Source: an uncultured virus (IMG/VR IMGVR_UViG_3300010885_067605)
Taxonomy: Duplodnaviria; Heunggongvirae; Uroviricota; Caudoviricetes
Direction: 5' to 3' (one strand)
Length of the DNA stretch: 20,000 nucleotides
Virus record (IMG/VR): IMGVR_UViG_3300010885_067605
Positions 8,681-16,031 of this stretch are shown piece by piece. Both the position numbers and the translations under genes were made by a program. The notes under the pieces are model-generated. The model did not search any database. It worked only from the letters and a program-made list of their open reading frames with translations, and was not told where the DNA came from. How positions within the stretch are numbered: position 1 is the first letter of the stretch; each line of letters opens with the position of its first letter.

Positions 8681-9577
8681 ATGAAGAAGTTAATCTTAGT
8701 ATTGTTATTGTTGACCTGCTCCGCATCGTACGGACAGACATCGGCTAACGTTTACTGCGGTGGTGTTAATGGATTCGATTCTTTATTGGATCCTTCTAAT
8801 AGTACGGTATTTCGTAAAAGAGGAGGAGGTTTATATCTCCATAATAATGGATGGACTGAACTGTCTCACGACCAAAGAATGAAGTTGTTAGGCACGTTTA
8901 ATAACCATCCGATGATTATTGAAGTCGGATTCCCTAAACCTGGTGAGTTTGGTCATTCTCCTGATAAGAGCAAGTATCATTGGTGGTGCGATAACTTTGA
9001 TGATTTATATGTCAAGTATGGCATTAAGCCTCAAATAGTTGCTGTCAATCTTGAGGATGCTGTTAATAATCCGACATTATTACAGCCGACATTTGAACAA
9101 TTCGATGAGCACCACGGTGATTTACAGCGTATGTCGCCACAATCTCTCATTTTGCCCATTCTAGGACCAATGAACATAGAGTTGCCTATCCGTACTGAAA
9201 TGGTCAGCTATAATGAGAGATATCGACGCATTATATCGACCGCTGGTGGAGTAGTTATTGATAGTCCACCTAAGGTGTTTATCACTCGAGAGGATGAATA
9301 CCGTGATTGGGTGGTAGACGCCATTAGACATGCCAACAGTAATGGGTATAAGTCGGTGTTGATTATTAGTCCGCATGACTCTAGTAATTTATTCAATAAG
9401 CATACGACTATGATGCTCCGCTACTTAGAATTAAACCAAGCATTACCAACAATATATGTAGTTGAAAATTATATTTATGGTAAAAGGTATAGCAATAAAG
9501 TGGGTAAAGAAACCCAGAGTAACTCGATTTTGGGTGTAGCTAAATATATACAGAGTAAGTTGAAATGTGATAAATGA
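8681..9577 (+). CDS. Secreted hypothetical protein
   Basis: AGGAG SD; signal peptide MKKLILVLLLLTCSASYG; 298 aa globular-looking. Confidence 0.75.
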   Translation: MKKLILVLLLLTCSASYGQTSANVYCGGVNGFDSLLDPSNSTVFRKRGGGLYLHNNGWTELSHDQRMKLLGTFNNHPMIIEVGFPKPGEFGHSPDKSKYHWWCDNFDDLYVKYGIKPQIVAVNLEDAVNNPTLLQPTFEQFDEHHGDLQRMSPQSLILPILGPMNIELPIRTEMVSYNERYRRIISTAGGVVIDSPPKVFITREDEYRDWVVDAIRHANSNGYKSVLIISPHDSSNLFNKHTTMMLRYLELNQALPTIYVVENYIYGKRYSNKVGKETQSNSILGVAKYIQSKLKCDK

Positions 9578-9597
9578 GTTAGATGTATTTAACCATC

Positions 9598-9816
9598 ATG
9601 CCTAACACCAGAGCCAATAAGTCGGTAGATGATTGGTTAATAGCGATGTACTGTGATTATGGCAAAAAAGGGACAAAAAGGCTCGTAAGAGCCAGTTTTA
9701 GCCATAAGGCAGCGAATAGTGTTTGGTATAGTATGAGTAGATATTATAGTAAGCATGGTTTTAGTTGCTGGCAAGAAGACAAAGCTGGTAATATAATCCA
9801 GCAAGCAGGTGGCTGA
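9598..9816 (+). CDS. Hypothetical protein
   Basis: ORF between secreted protein and tRNA; start 9583 or 9598. Confidence 0.55.
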   Translation: MPNTRANKSVDDWLIAMYCDYGKKGTKRLVRASFSHKAANSVWYSMSRYYSKHGFSCWQEDKAGNIIQQAGG

Positions 9817-9822
9817 TTGTAA

Positions 9823-9895
9823 GGGCCTTTAGCTCAGTTGGTAGAGCAAGGGACTTTTAATCCTTTGGTCGTGGGTTCGAGCCCCACAGGGCCCA
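9823..9895 (+). tRNA. trnK: tRNA-Lys (anticodon TTT), no encoded CCA
   Basis: GGGCCTT/AGGGCCC acceptor, GCTC-AGTTGGTA-GAGC D arm, AGGGA-CTTTTAA-TCCTT anticodon arm, GTGGG-TTCGAGC-CCCAC T arm, discriminator A. Confidence 0.96.
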
Positions 9896-9924
9896 TTAAT
9901 TTTATCTAACGGATGGAGGGTAAA

Positions 9925-10097
9925 ATGGAACTAGCCAAATTGATCGAAGTGTTAGAGGCGTCGGCCAAAAAGAACGGGGAAAATACTGTGTTGACTTTGG
10001 GTCACTTGCTTAATATTTGCAAAAAATTCACCGTGAGTTAGATCAAGAAGACTTAGAGGCTGATATGGAAGGTGCTTTCATGGAGGACACCTTTTAG
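9925..10097 (+). pseudogene. Small gene broken by a frameshift at A6 (10021-10026), or a sequencing error
   Basis: GGAGG SD, MELAKLIEVLEASAKKNGENTVLTLGHLLNICKK; adding one A continues IHRELDQEDLEADMEGAFMEDTF*. Confidence 0.6.
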
Positions 10098-10175
10098 TAA
10101 TAGAGTCGAGGTGTGGTGGTCCATAATACCGTTTCAAATATAATGCATGAAGCTTATTAATATATATGGTGCCTC

Positions 10176-10559
10176 ATGAGATTATCTGACGTCGGTGGTA
10201 AAGCAAGAATAACTTCTATGCAAAAGGTAGAGATGCCTGATGCTAGAAAAATGATATATGTATATGACGTTAACCAAGGACGTAATAGATGGGTATATGC
10301 CAGGTACGTTAGGTACTATCCTAAATTATATATCCCTGTTATGCTTAAGGGAGCAGAGATGGTTAGGGAAGAAAATGGAAGTAATAAACCACGACCTGAA
10401 GGAATTCTGTGGAATATGTATATTAGAGGTCGGTATTCTGCGCGATTGATAGGTCGATTTATAGCTAAATCAGAAGCGATAGCTATTAAAAAAGCACGAA
10501 AGTATAATAGTAATGCTTTTGTGGTCAGATCTGACCAAGACGATACGCCAACAAGTTAA
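10176..10559 (+). CDS. Hypothetical basic protein
   Basis: 127-aa ORF downstream of CAAATATA (10135-10142). Confidence 0.6.
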   Translation: MRLSDVGGKARITSMQKVEMPDARKMIYVYDVNQGRNRWVYARYVRYYPKLYIPVMLKGAEMVREENGSNKPRPEGILWNMYIRGRYSARLIGRFIAKSEAIAIKKARKYNSNAFVVRSDQDDTPTS

Positions 10560-10614
10560 TGTTAGATAGTATTCTATTATCTAAATATTATTTATGCGAA
10601 TTAACGATATAGCC

Positions 10615-10630
10615 ATCTGTTGCAACAGAT
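10615..10630. promoter_or_regulatory. Perfect 16-bp palindrome, operator-like
   Basis: ATCTGTTGCAACAGAT immediately upstream of the 10634 ORF. Confidence 0.5.
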
Positions 10631-10633
10631 AAG

Positions 10634-10834
10634 GTGATGAAAAACGACAATAAATCACAGATGATTGATTCGATCATTAGTTATGCCGATTCGTTCATAG
10701 CTAAGCTAAAGAAGCAGCGAGATATGATCAGTGAGGTAATAGCTAAGCTGGAAAAAGAAAGAAACAACAACCAATTATATCGACAGCACAAATCTGGTGA
10801 TAAACCTACCGAGAAGCAAGATGGAACCAAGTAG
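10634..10834 (+). CDS. Small coiled-coil hypothetical protein
   Basis: IAKLKKQRD…IAKLEKERN heptad-like repeat. Confidence 0.55.
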   Translation: MMKNDNKSQMIDSIISYADSFIAKLKKQRDMISEVIAKLEKERNNNQLYRQHKSGDKPTEKQDGTK

Positions 10835-11378
10835 TTCTATAATTACTTATCTCGATACGCTCGTCCAAATGAGACGTTCGATGCAGGAGCCTCAACTACG
10901 CGACTGGCACTATTGTTGTATTGAACAATTCGTTCTAGAGAATGGTCATTCGTATACTAAAGTAATCAAACGTCCTAAGTGGGTGCCCAAGGGTGTCATC
11001 AAGGAGTGCTTTAGTAATTGCTTCTCAGCTATGGTCAGACACCCTGATCGTCTGGTTTATTGCGAGGGGTACGCCACAGGCGTTATTCCCGTACATCATG
11101 CCTGGCTATTATATGATGGGCAAGTGATAGATCCCACATGGGATGGCCGCATAGCCCCAGCGAACCAACAGGTAGAATATTACGGAGTTGCATTTAGCTA
11201 TGACTATGTTATAAGAACAGCTTTGAAAACAGAGTACTATGGCATATTAGATAACTTTGTCGAACATTATCCGCTAATAAGTGGTGAGCATACTACAGCT
11301 GACTGTCTTTATGTGCCTTCTATAGGTTGGAGTAACATGCTCCATAAGGGACTAGTGAAGGTGGATAACCATGCGTAA
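10821..11378 (+). CDS. Hypothetical protein with putative Cys-His-Asp (transglutaminase/papain-like) triad
   Basis: KECFSN…YCEGYA…HHAWL…VIDPTW…YYGVAF, a recurring phage family; ATG 10821 preferred start. Confidence 0.7.
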   Translation: MEPSSSIITYLDTLVQMRRSMQEPQLRDWHYCCIEQFVLENGHSYTKVIKRPKWVPKGVIKECFSNCFSAMVRHPDRLVYCEGYATGVIPVHHAWLLYDGQVIDPTWDGRIAPANQQVEYYGVAFSYDYVIRTALKTEYYGILDNFVEHYPLISGEHTTADCLYVPSIGWSNMLHKGLVKVDNHA

Positions 11379-11664
11379 ACCTGTTCCCGGCTGGCGGGTG
11401 TTTGAGTGCAAAGCCTGCGGCGCTCTGTTTGAAGAAGCGTCGCGGGATTGCTTGTCGTTATCAGGCGAGACCTGCGAATGCGGCGAATGGCTGTCGCCGG
11501 TTGGGCACCGCGAAGATCCGCTACTGCCGGTAGACAGCGCCGGAAACCTCACATGGTTATATCCACGGGTGCAACTGAGTAACGCGTTCTGGGCGAAGCG
11601 GCCGCCGGGGCCAACCGGAGAGGATGCGAATGTTCCGAACGAGTCACCGCGTCCTACTAGTGAA
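11351..11664. mobile_element. Putative single-gene cassette flanked by 9-bp direct repeat ACTAGTGAA
   Basis: ACTAGTGAA at 11351-11359 and 11656-11664; interior visibly more GC-rich than flanks. Confidence 0.5.
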
Positions 11665-11670
11665 AAATAA
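11371..11670 (+). CDS. Zn-ribbon hypothetical protein
   Basis: FECKACG…TCECG; GC-rich codon usage. Confidence 0.7.
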   Translation: MRKPVPGWRVFECKACGALFEEASRDCLSLSGETCECGEWLSPVGHREDPLLPVDSAGNLTWLYPRVQLSNAFWAKRPPGPTGEDANVPNESPRPTSEK

Positions 11671-11714
11671 ATAAACTTAACTGGCTGGATTCAAACCGAC
11701 AATACAAAGATTAA

Positions 11715-12230
11715 TAGAGGCGGCGATGAATAAGGAGATAAAGGACTCTGATATGAACATGACAGATCAAGAGCGGTTTAACGCAGCAGTGATGAACTGG
11801 ATCAGCGAGTCTAGTTCACTTTTGTATCACGCCGTCGCCAAGTATCAACGATGGCACCCAGGAACCAAGAAGATCATCGCAGATGCATGTCAGCAATGCT
11901 GGGACGCCTACGGGCGGGATACGACAAGGCTTCCACCAAAGCTGGAACTCGAGAAGAAGAACGTGCCCACGCTCGGTAGCCTGTTGTCGGACGTACAAAT
12001 ATGTCACGCCAATGGCTGGGTTGTTGGCGATATTTTGGTGTTCGATCTCGGCGCTGCCGAAGAACAACGCGTGCGAATCACGGGTTTTGGTGAAAGTAGC
12101 ATTCTTGTACGCCAGTACGATAAAGCAAACAGCCCCGAGAAAGGATCGTGGGGTAATGAGTATTTATTGCTATTGCGATACCGCGACTGGAACCGAGAGC
12201 CGCAGGAGCCAAAAGTCTGACTAGAGGCGG
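11715..12230. mobile_element. Putative single-gene cassette flanked by 9-bp direct repeat TAGAGGCGG
   Basis: TAGAGGCGG at 11715-11723 (2 nt before ATG 11726) and 12222-12230 (1 nt after stop 12220). Confidence 0.45.
11726..12220 (+). CDS. Hypothetical protein; N-terminal module paralogous to 17651..18586
   Basis: FNAAVMNWISE…IADACxxCWDAYGRD shared; start may be 11753 or 11759. Confidence 0.75.
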   Translation: MNKEIKDSDMNMTDQERFNAAVMNWISESSSLLYHAVAKYQRWHPGTKKIIADACQQCWDAYGRDTTRLPPKLELEKKNVPTLGSLLSDVQICHANGWVVGDILVFDLGAAEEQRVRITGFGESSILVRQYDKANSPEKGSWGNEYLLLLRYRDWNREPQEPKV

Positions 12231-12270
12231 ATATTAATTAACGATAGGTAATATGTGGTGGCGTTGCCCA

Positions 12271-13488
12271 TTACCAACATGACATCAGTCTCGCCTTTTC
12301 TATCAGATGATGCAACGCCGGATCACGTGTTGCAAACATGATACCTCTTTTAGTTACTTCCTCCGGACGATCAAGGTCATCGGAGGACACTAACCACCCT
12401 TCGGACACTAAATGGTCCCTTAACCATGCGGGTCCTTCGCAATAAGGGAATCCAGCGACGTTGCTATTAACATCGTGAGCAGCAATGATATTTGGCATCT
12501 TATACTGTAATGCTGACCATTCTTCTTTTACTGATTCCAGATCATGAGCACCATCTAGGAATACAAAATCGAAGCGTTCTGAGGATAAGATGGTATCCGA
12601 GCCTTTAGACTGAATAAGTCTTTCACCTACAATAGCACGGGCATCAGAACGCACGGAAATATCACAGAATACCGCATCTGGCACATTAGCATCAATGAAT
12701 GCAGATGCGGTGCACCCTGAATGAACACCTACTTCTAGTGTTCGGGCTGGTTTTACAGACGCTAAAATATCGCGGAGCCACAATATGTGTCTACGATCAG
12801 CACATGATCCGGATTCCCAATGTTCGGGTATAAAATTTGTTATGGATAGTATATGAGCCCGATCATATAAAGGTACGTGAAGAAGGCGATGACCGTGGTC
12901 GCCTAGACCTGTGAGATGGCAAATAAAGTCGCCAGGCCGCCAAGGATCAAGTGCTCCAGTCACGTCAGCAGATACAGGATTCAAATTTCGTCGCTGAAAC
13001 CGGGTCACTTGGGCATCGAACCAAGTACAATTACGCATACGGTCGAGAACAGCGTCCTGCTCCCAACAAGGGCGATTGGAGAATCTACGCTCCTGAGATA
13101 ATACAGCATCTAACCATCGATTAGTATCACTGGTATTACGAAGTATGAAGTTTCCGCATGAAATATAAGCTGTCTTTGTATCGTCACCAGGGGGTGCACA
13201 CCAATCGCATGAAGCGCCGAAAAGGGTAGGAGGAACCAAGTCTTCTATTCTAATCGACGGGTTAGTGACTACGGTGTCACAATCTAGCCAAAGAATCGTA
13301 TCATATTTGTGAACGCGTTCTTTGAGCAGACGGATTTTTTGCCAAGACGGATGCGATCCGGGATGATATTCCCGTACCACTTCAAAGTCATAGCCACGAC
13401 GGAGGCTATATGCCCTCTGTGATCCTATACATGCATCACCCAGAGAAGCACCTTGGTCATCATACCCGGTTAATACTAAGATTTTCAT
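12271..13488 (-). CDS. GT34 (GMA12/MNN10-like) glycosyltransferase fused to Methyltransf_24-type methyltransferase
   Basis: SWQKI, WLDCDTVVTN, CGNFILRN, WEQDA, DFICHLTG; C-terminal TLEVGVHSG and FDFVFLDGAHD, IAAHD. Confidence 0.85.
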   Translation of the reverse strand: MKILVLTGYDDQGASLGDACIGSQRAYSLRRGYDFEVVREYHPGSHPSWQKIRLLKERVHKYDTILWLDCDTVVTNPSIRIEDLVPPTLFGASCDWCAPPGDDTKTAYISCGNFILRNTSDTNRWLDAVLSQERRFSNRPCWEQDAVLDRMRNCTWFDAQVTRFQRRNLNPVSADVTGALDPWRPGDFICHLTGLGDHGHRLLHVPLYDRAHILSITNFIPEHWESGSCADRRHILWLRDILASVKPARTLEVGVHSGCTASAFIDANVPDAVFCDISVRSDARAIVGERLIQSKGSDTILSSERFDFVFLDGAHDLESVKEEWSALQYKMPNIIAAHDVNSNVAGFPYCEGPAWLRDHLVSEGWLVSSDDLDRPEEVTKRGIMFATRDPALHHLIEKARLMSCW

Positions 13489-13505
13489 TTAGAGCGTCAC
13501 AGATC

Positions 13506-13787
13506 CTATGGATTGATCACTTTACTGATTGTTTTTATGTAGCCATCAGTAGCATCTACTGCTACCCAGGAAGGGCTATTACTAGACCAATCGTTAATAT
13601 AACATATAGCATCTTGATTGCCATATCTCATACAGTGTGCTATAAAATTTTGGTTGCTTGATATATCATGTGCGAGTTCACCGATATCTACACCGATTTT
13701 GTAATCACTGGTCTGTGGTATAGGTCTTCTTGCCCATGGCATTGCTAGAGCCACTAATGCAGATAAAAATGATCGGCGACGTAACAT
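13506..13787 (-). CDS. Small protein with twin-arginine (Tat)-like signal
   Basis: MLRRRSFLSALVALAMP matches the RRxFL consensus. Confidence 0.6.
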   Translation of the reverse strand: MLRRRSFLSALVALAMPWARRPIPQTSDYKIGVDIGELAHDISSNQNFIAHCMRYGNQDAICYINDWSSNSPSWVAVDATDGYIKTISKVINP

Positions 13788-13794
13788 TTTTCAC

Positions 13795-14094
13795 CTAATG
13801 TGTATTTATATATTCTAGAACACTAATCACGATCACAAAGATAATCGCCTCTGTCAAAGGTAATATTGCTATAAATATTTCATACTTGGCTTTAATGATC
13901 AGTGGCATAATGCCACATATCAAGCACACCAATGGATAACTAAGAATAATACCACATATTGCGTGGGCTAGATAACTACTCTGTGCTTGGGGGCTGTCCA
14001 TGCTCATAACGCCGGCCATCAAGCACGGGATTGCCAATGCTAAAGCTAGACATATATTGATGGTGCATAAGAAATAAGTAATAAATCCAGTCAT
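13795..14094 (-). CDS. Membrane protein (about 3 TM helices)
   Basis: Three hydrophobic segments; GGAG upstream of ATG 14094. Confidence 0.7.
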   Translation of the reverse strand: MTGFITYFLCTINICLALALAIPCLMAGVMSMDSPQAQSSYLAHAICGIILSYPLVCLICGIMPLIIKAKYEIFIAILPLTEAIIFVIVISVLEYINTH

Positions 14095-14137
14095 GGTCAC
14101 TCCACCTATTGGTCATATTTGACAATCGATTTGAAAG

Positions 14138-14209
14138 CTGCCTGAGTAGGATTCGAACCTACAACCCAGCGGTTAACAGCCGCTTGCTCTACCGTTGAGC
14201 TATCAGGCA
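14138..14209 (-). tRNA. trnN: tRNA-Asn (anticodon GTT), no encoded CCA
   Basis: Reverse complement: TGCCTGA TA GCTC AACGGTA GAGC A AGCGG CTGTTAA CCGCT GGGTT GTAGG TTCGAAT CCTAC TCAGGCA G. Confidence 0.96.
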
Positions 14210-14313
14210 TAGTTTTAATAAATTCGATTACGAGTAAAGCAAGTAATCCCATTATCAAAGCAAATAACCAAATATATTTACGACTTTTAATAGAGGCACC
14301 TATCACATATAGC

Positions 14314-14856
14314 TCATTTCTTCTCATTAGAACGAGAAGCTCGTCTTCTCATATTACCTAAGTGACCACCCCTGCTTTGCTTATCTCTAATCGCGTGATA
14401 TGGAATAACTAGCTTGGTTTTCTCTGCAAGCACAGCGGATAATCTCCTGATTAACTTGGTCGATGCATTGTTGAGATTCACTTTGTTTATGCATTTCTCA
14501 ATCACCGTGATAACTTTTGACAGATGCTCGTCTACCTCTTCTTTACCTTTGACGACCTTTCTGCTTGGTCTGGATTTAGAATTTGTAGTTAAAATACCCA
14601 CCTTTTCCAGCATCACGTGGCTTTGCCCCTGATGCCCAGACCATAGGCCCGTACCTCCGTTCTGATCATATTCTACACCACTATTAATGTCGATGTGATC
14701 CGGCTGGGTAGTGGTGGGTTGCATGTCGATAAAGATCTTTTTAGGAATACCAGTATCGGGATTCAACTCATATATAACTTGGCAATTACTATGACCTACT
14801 GTATGATTATGTGCTGTGTCTTTTCTTTTGGTACTTCTTTTCTGATAAGTTTTCAT
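14314..14856 (-). CDS. Hypothetical basic protein
   Basis: 180-aa ORF with AGGAG SD. Confidence 0.7.
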   Translation of the reverse strand: MKTYQKRSTKRKDTAHNHTVGHSNCQVIYELNPDTGIPKKIFIDMQPTTTQPDHIDINSGVEYDQNGGTGLWSGHQGQSHVMLEKVGILTTNSKSRPSRKVVKGKEEVDEHLSKVITVIEKCINKVNLNNASTKLIRRLSAVLAEKTKLVIPYHAIRDKQSRGGHLGNMRRRASRSNEKK

Positions 14857-14921
14857 GGTTAGCTCCTAAGTAAAGTTTTAAGACTCCACTATAAAATACG
14901 GCAATCAATCGTGGCTACTAA

Positions 14922-14980
14922 AGCTAAGTTTACATCTAAAGGTAAACTATAGCTCAGTTTACATCTAAATGTAAACTTAT
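14922..14980. repeat. Two tandem ~29-bp units, each with an internal palindrome
   Basis: AGCTAAGTTTACATCTAAAGGTAAACTAT then AGCTCAGTTTACATCTAAATGTAAACTTAT; core AGTTTAC-N8-GTAAACT; between divergent genes. Confidence 0.85.
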
Positions 14981-15030
14981 AGAAAAATATATAAATAACG
15001 AGTCCGCTAATTCATCGCTAGGAGACAGAA

Positions 15031-15303
15031 ATGGCCGTAGACCTTCTAACAGTTAGGGAATGCCATCATTGTGATAATTCGGGTTGGTTATATCCACACC
15101 AAGTAGGTGATTATATAACAGACCAACGGTATGCATGTGATAAATGTGCTAATAAAAGATCGGCAGCGGATGAAATCCAATACCTGCGTGACCTTAATAT
15201 CACGTTATGCAATACACATATGTGGAGCAATTGGGTCGATAATATAATATGTATAATATTAGGTATAGTAATAGGTGTTTGTTCGGCAGCACTGCTGTGG
15301 TAG
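15031..15303 (+). CDS. Zn-finger-like protein with C-terminal TM anchor
   Basis: CHHC…CDKC, hydrophobic C-terminus; AGGAG SD. Confidence 0.65.
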   Translation: MAVDLLTVRECHHCDNSGWLYPHQVGDYITDQRYACDKCANKRSAADEIQYLRDLNITLCNTHMWSNWVDNIICIILGIVIGVCSAALLW

Positions 15304-15341
15304 TATTATGCTGGATATATGTCCATGTATTTAAGGATATC

Positions 15342-15680
15342 ATGGATAAACGAGCTGATCGATCCGAAAACGATAATATATTACAAGGCCTCATTTATGC
15401 TGAGCCTCCAGTAGGTCTGAAAACACACCCGCCTGAACGGTGTACCGGCCAATATTGCTGCATCCACAATCCATCGGCACACCACATGGTAACATGGCCT
15501 TTGAATTGGCGAGATGATAAAGGACATATGGAACGCATTTGCCCTCATGGTATTGGTCACCCAGATCCTGATGATATGGCATACTGGGAGAGACTAGGTA
15601 AGCCACTCGACTTACTTAGTATACATGGTTGTGATGGTTGTTGCACGCCTGGCACTGCTGCGTCGTGTAAGGATGAATAA
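15342..15680 (+). CDS. His/Cys-rich conserved phage hypothetical protein
   Basis: CCIHNPSAHHM…WRDD…MERICPHGIGHPDPD…HGCDGCC; ATG 15342 after AAGGA. Confidence 0.75.
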   Translation: MDKRADRSENDNILQGLIYAEPPVGLKTHPPERCTGQYCCIHNPSAHHMVTWPLNWRDDKGHMERICPHGIGHPDPDDMAYWERLGKPLDLLSIHGCDGCCTPGTAASCKDE

Positions 15681-15716
15681 TCTGTCTGGTTCCACCCTCT
15701 GTATGATAGGATTTTA

Positions 15717-16031
15717 ATGAAAAAGCGTGGATTCACTCTACCGATAACATTGGTTGAAGTGCTCGTGATCATAGCGATCGTCGGCACTGTGTTCGGTCTA
15801 ATGGCACCTGGGATAATTGCCGCATATAACAGAGGTAATCAATCTGGTGCACAAGCTAACGTACCTTCTCAGGCCGCTATGCAAGCACCACTAGATGGGA
15901 GTCAGTACTTTATAACCGTCGTGCATGATGGGCATTGGTTTATAATAAGACGTCATGGAGGAGACACGCCTTTCATGCACCATCCAGATTGCCCGTGTAC
16001 CAAGAAGTCCGAAGCGGAGATAGTACAATGA
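15717..16031 (+). CDS. Protein with prepilin-type N-terminal leader and C-terminal HDGH…HHPDCPC motif
   Basis: MKKRG-FTL(PITL)VEVLVIIAIVGTVFGLMAP. Confidence 0.75.
   Translation: MKKRGFTLPITLVEVLVIIAIVGTVFGLMAPGIIAAYNRGNQSGAQANVPSQAAMQAPLDGSQYFITVVHDGHWFIIRRHGGDTPFMHHPDCPCTKKSEAEIVQ

Noticed and set aside
14922..14980. CRISPR mini-array
   Set aside because: Units are directly adjacent with no spacer, only two copies, and no cas genes are present
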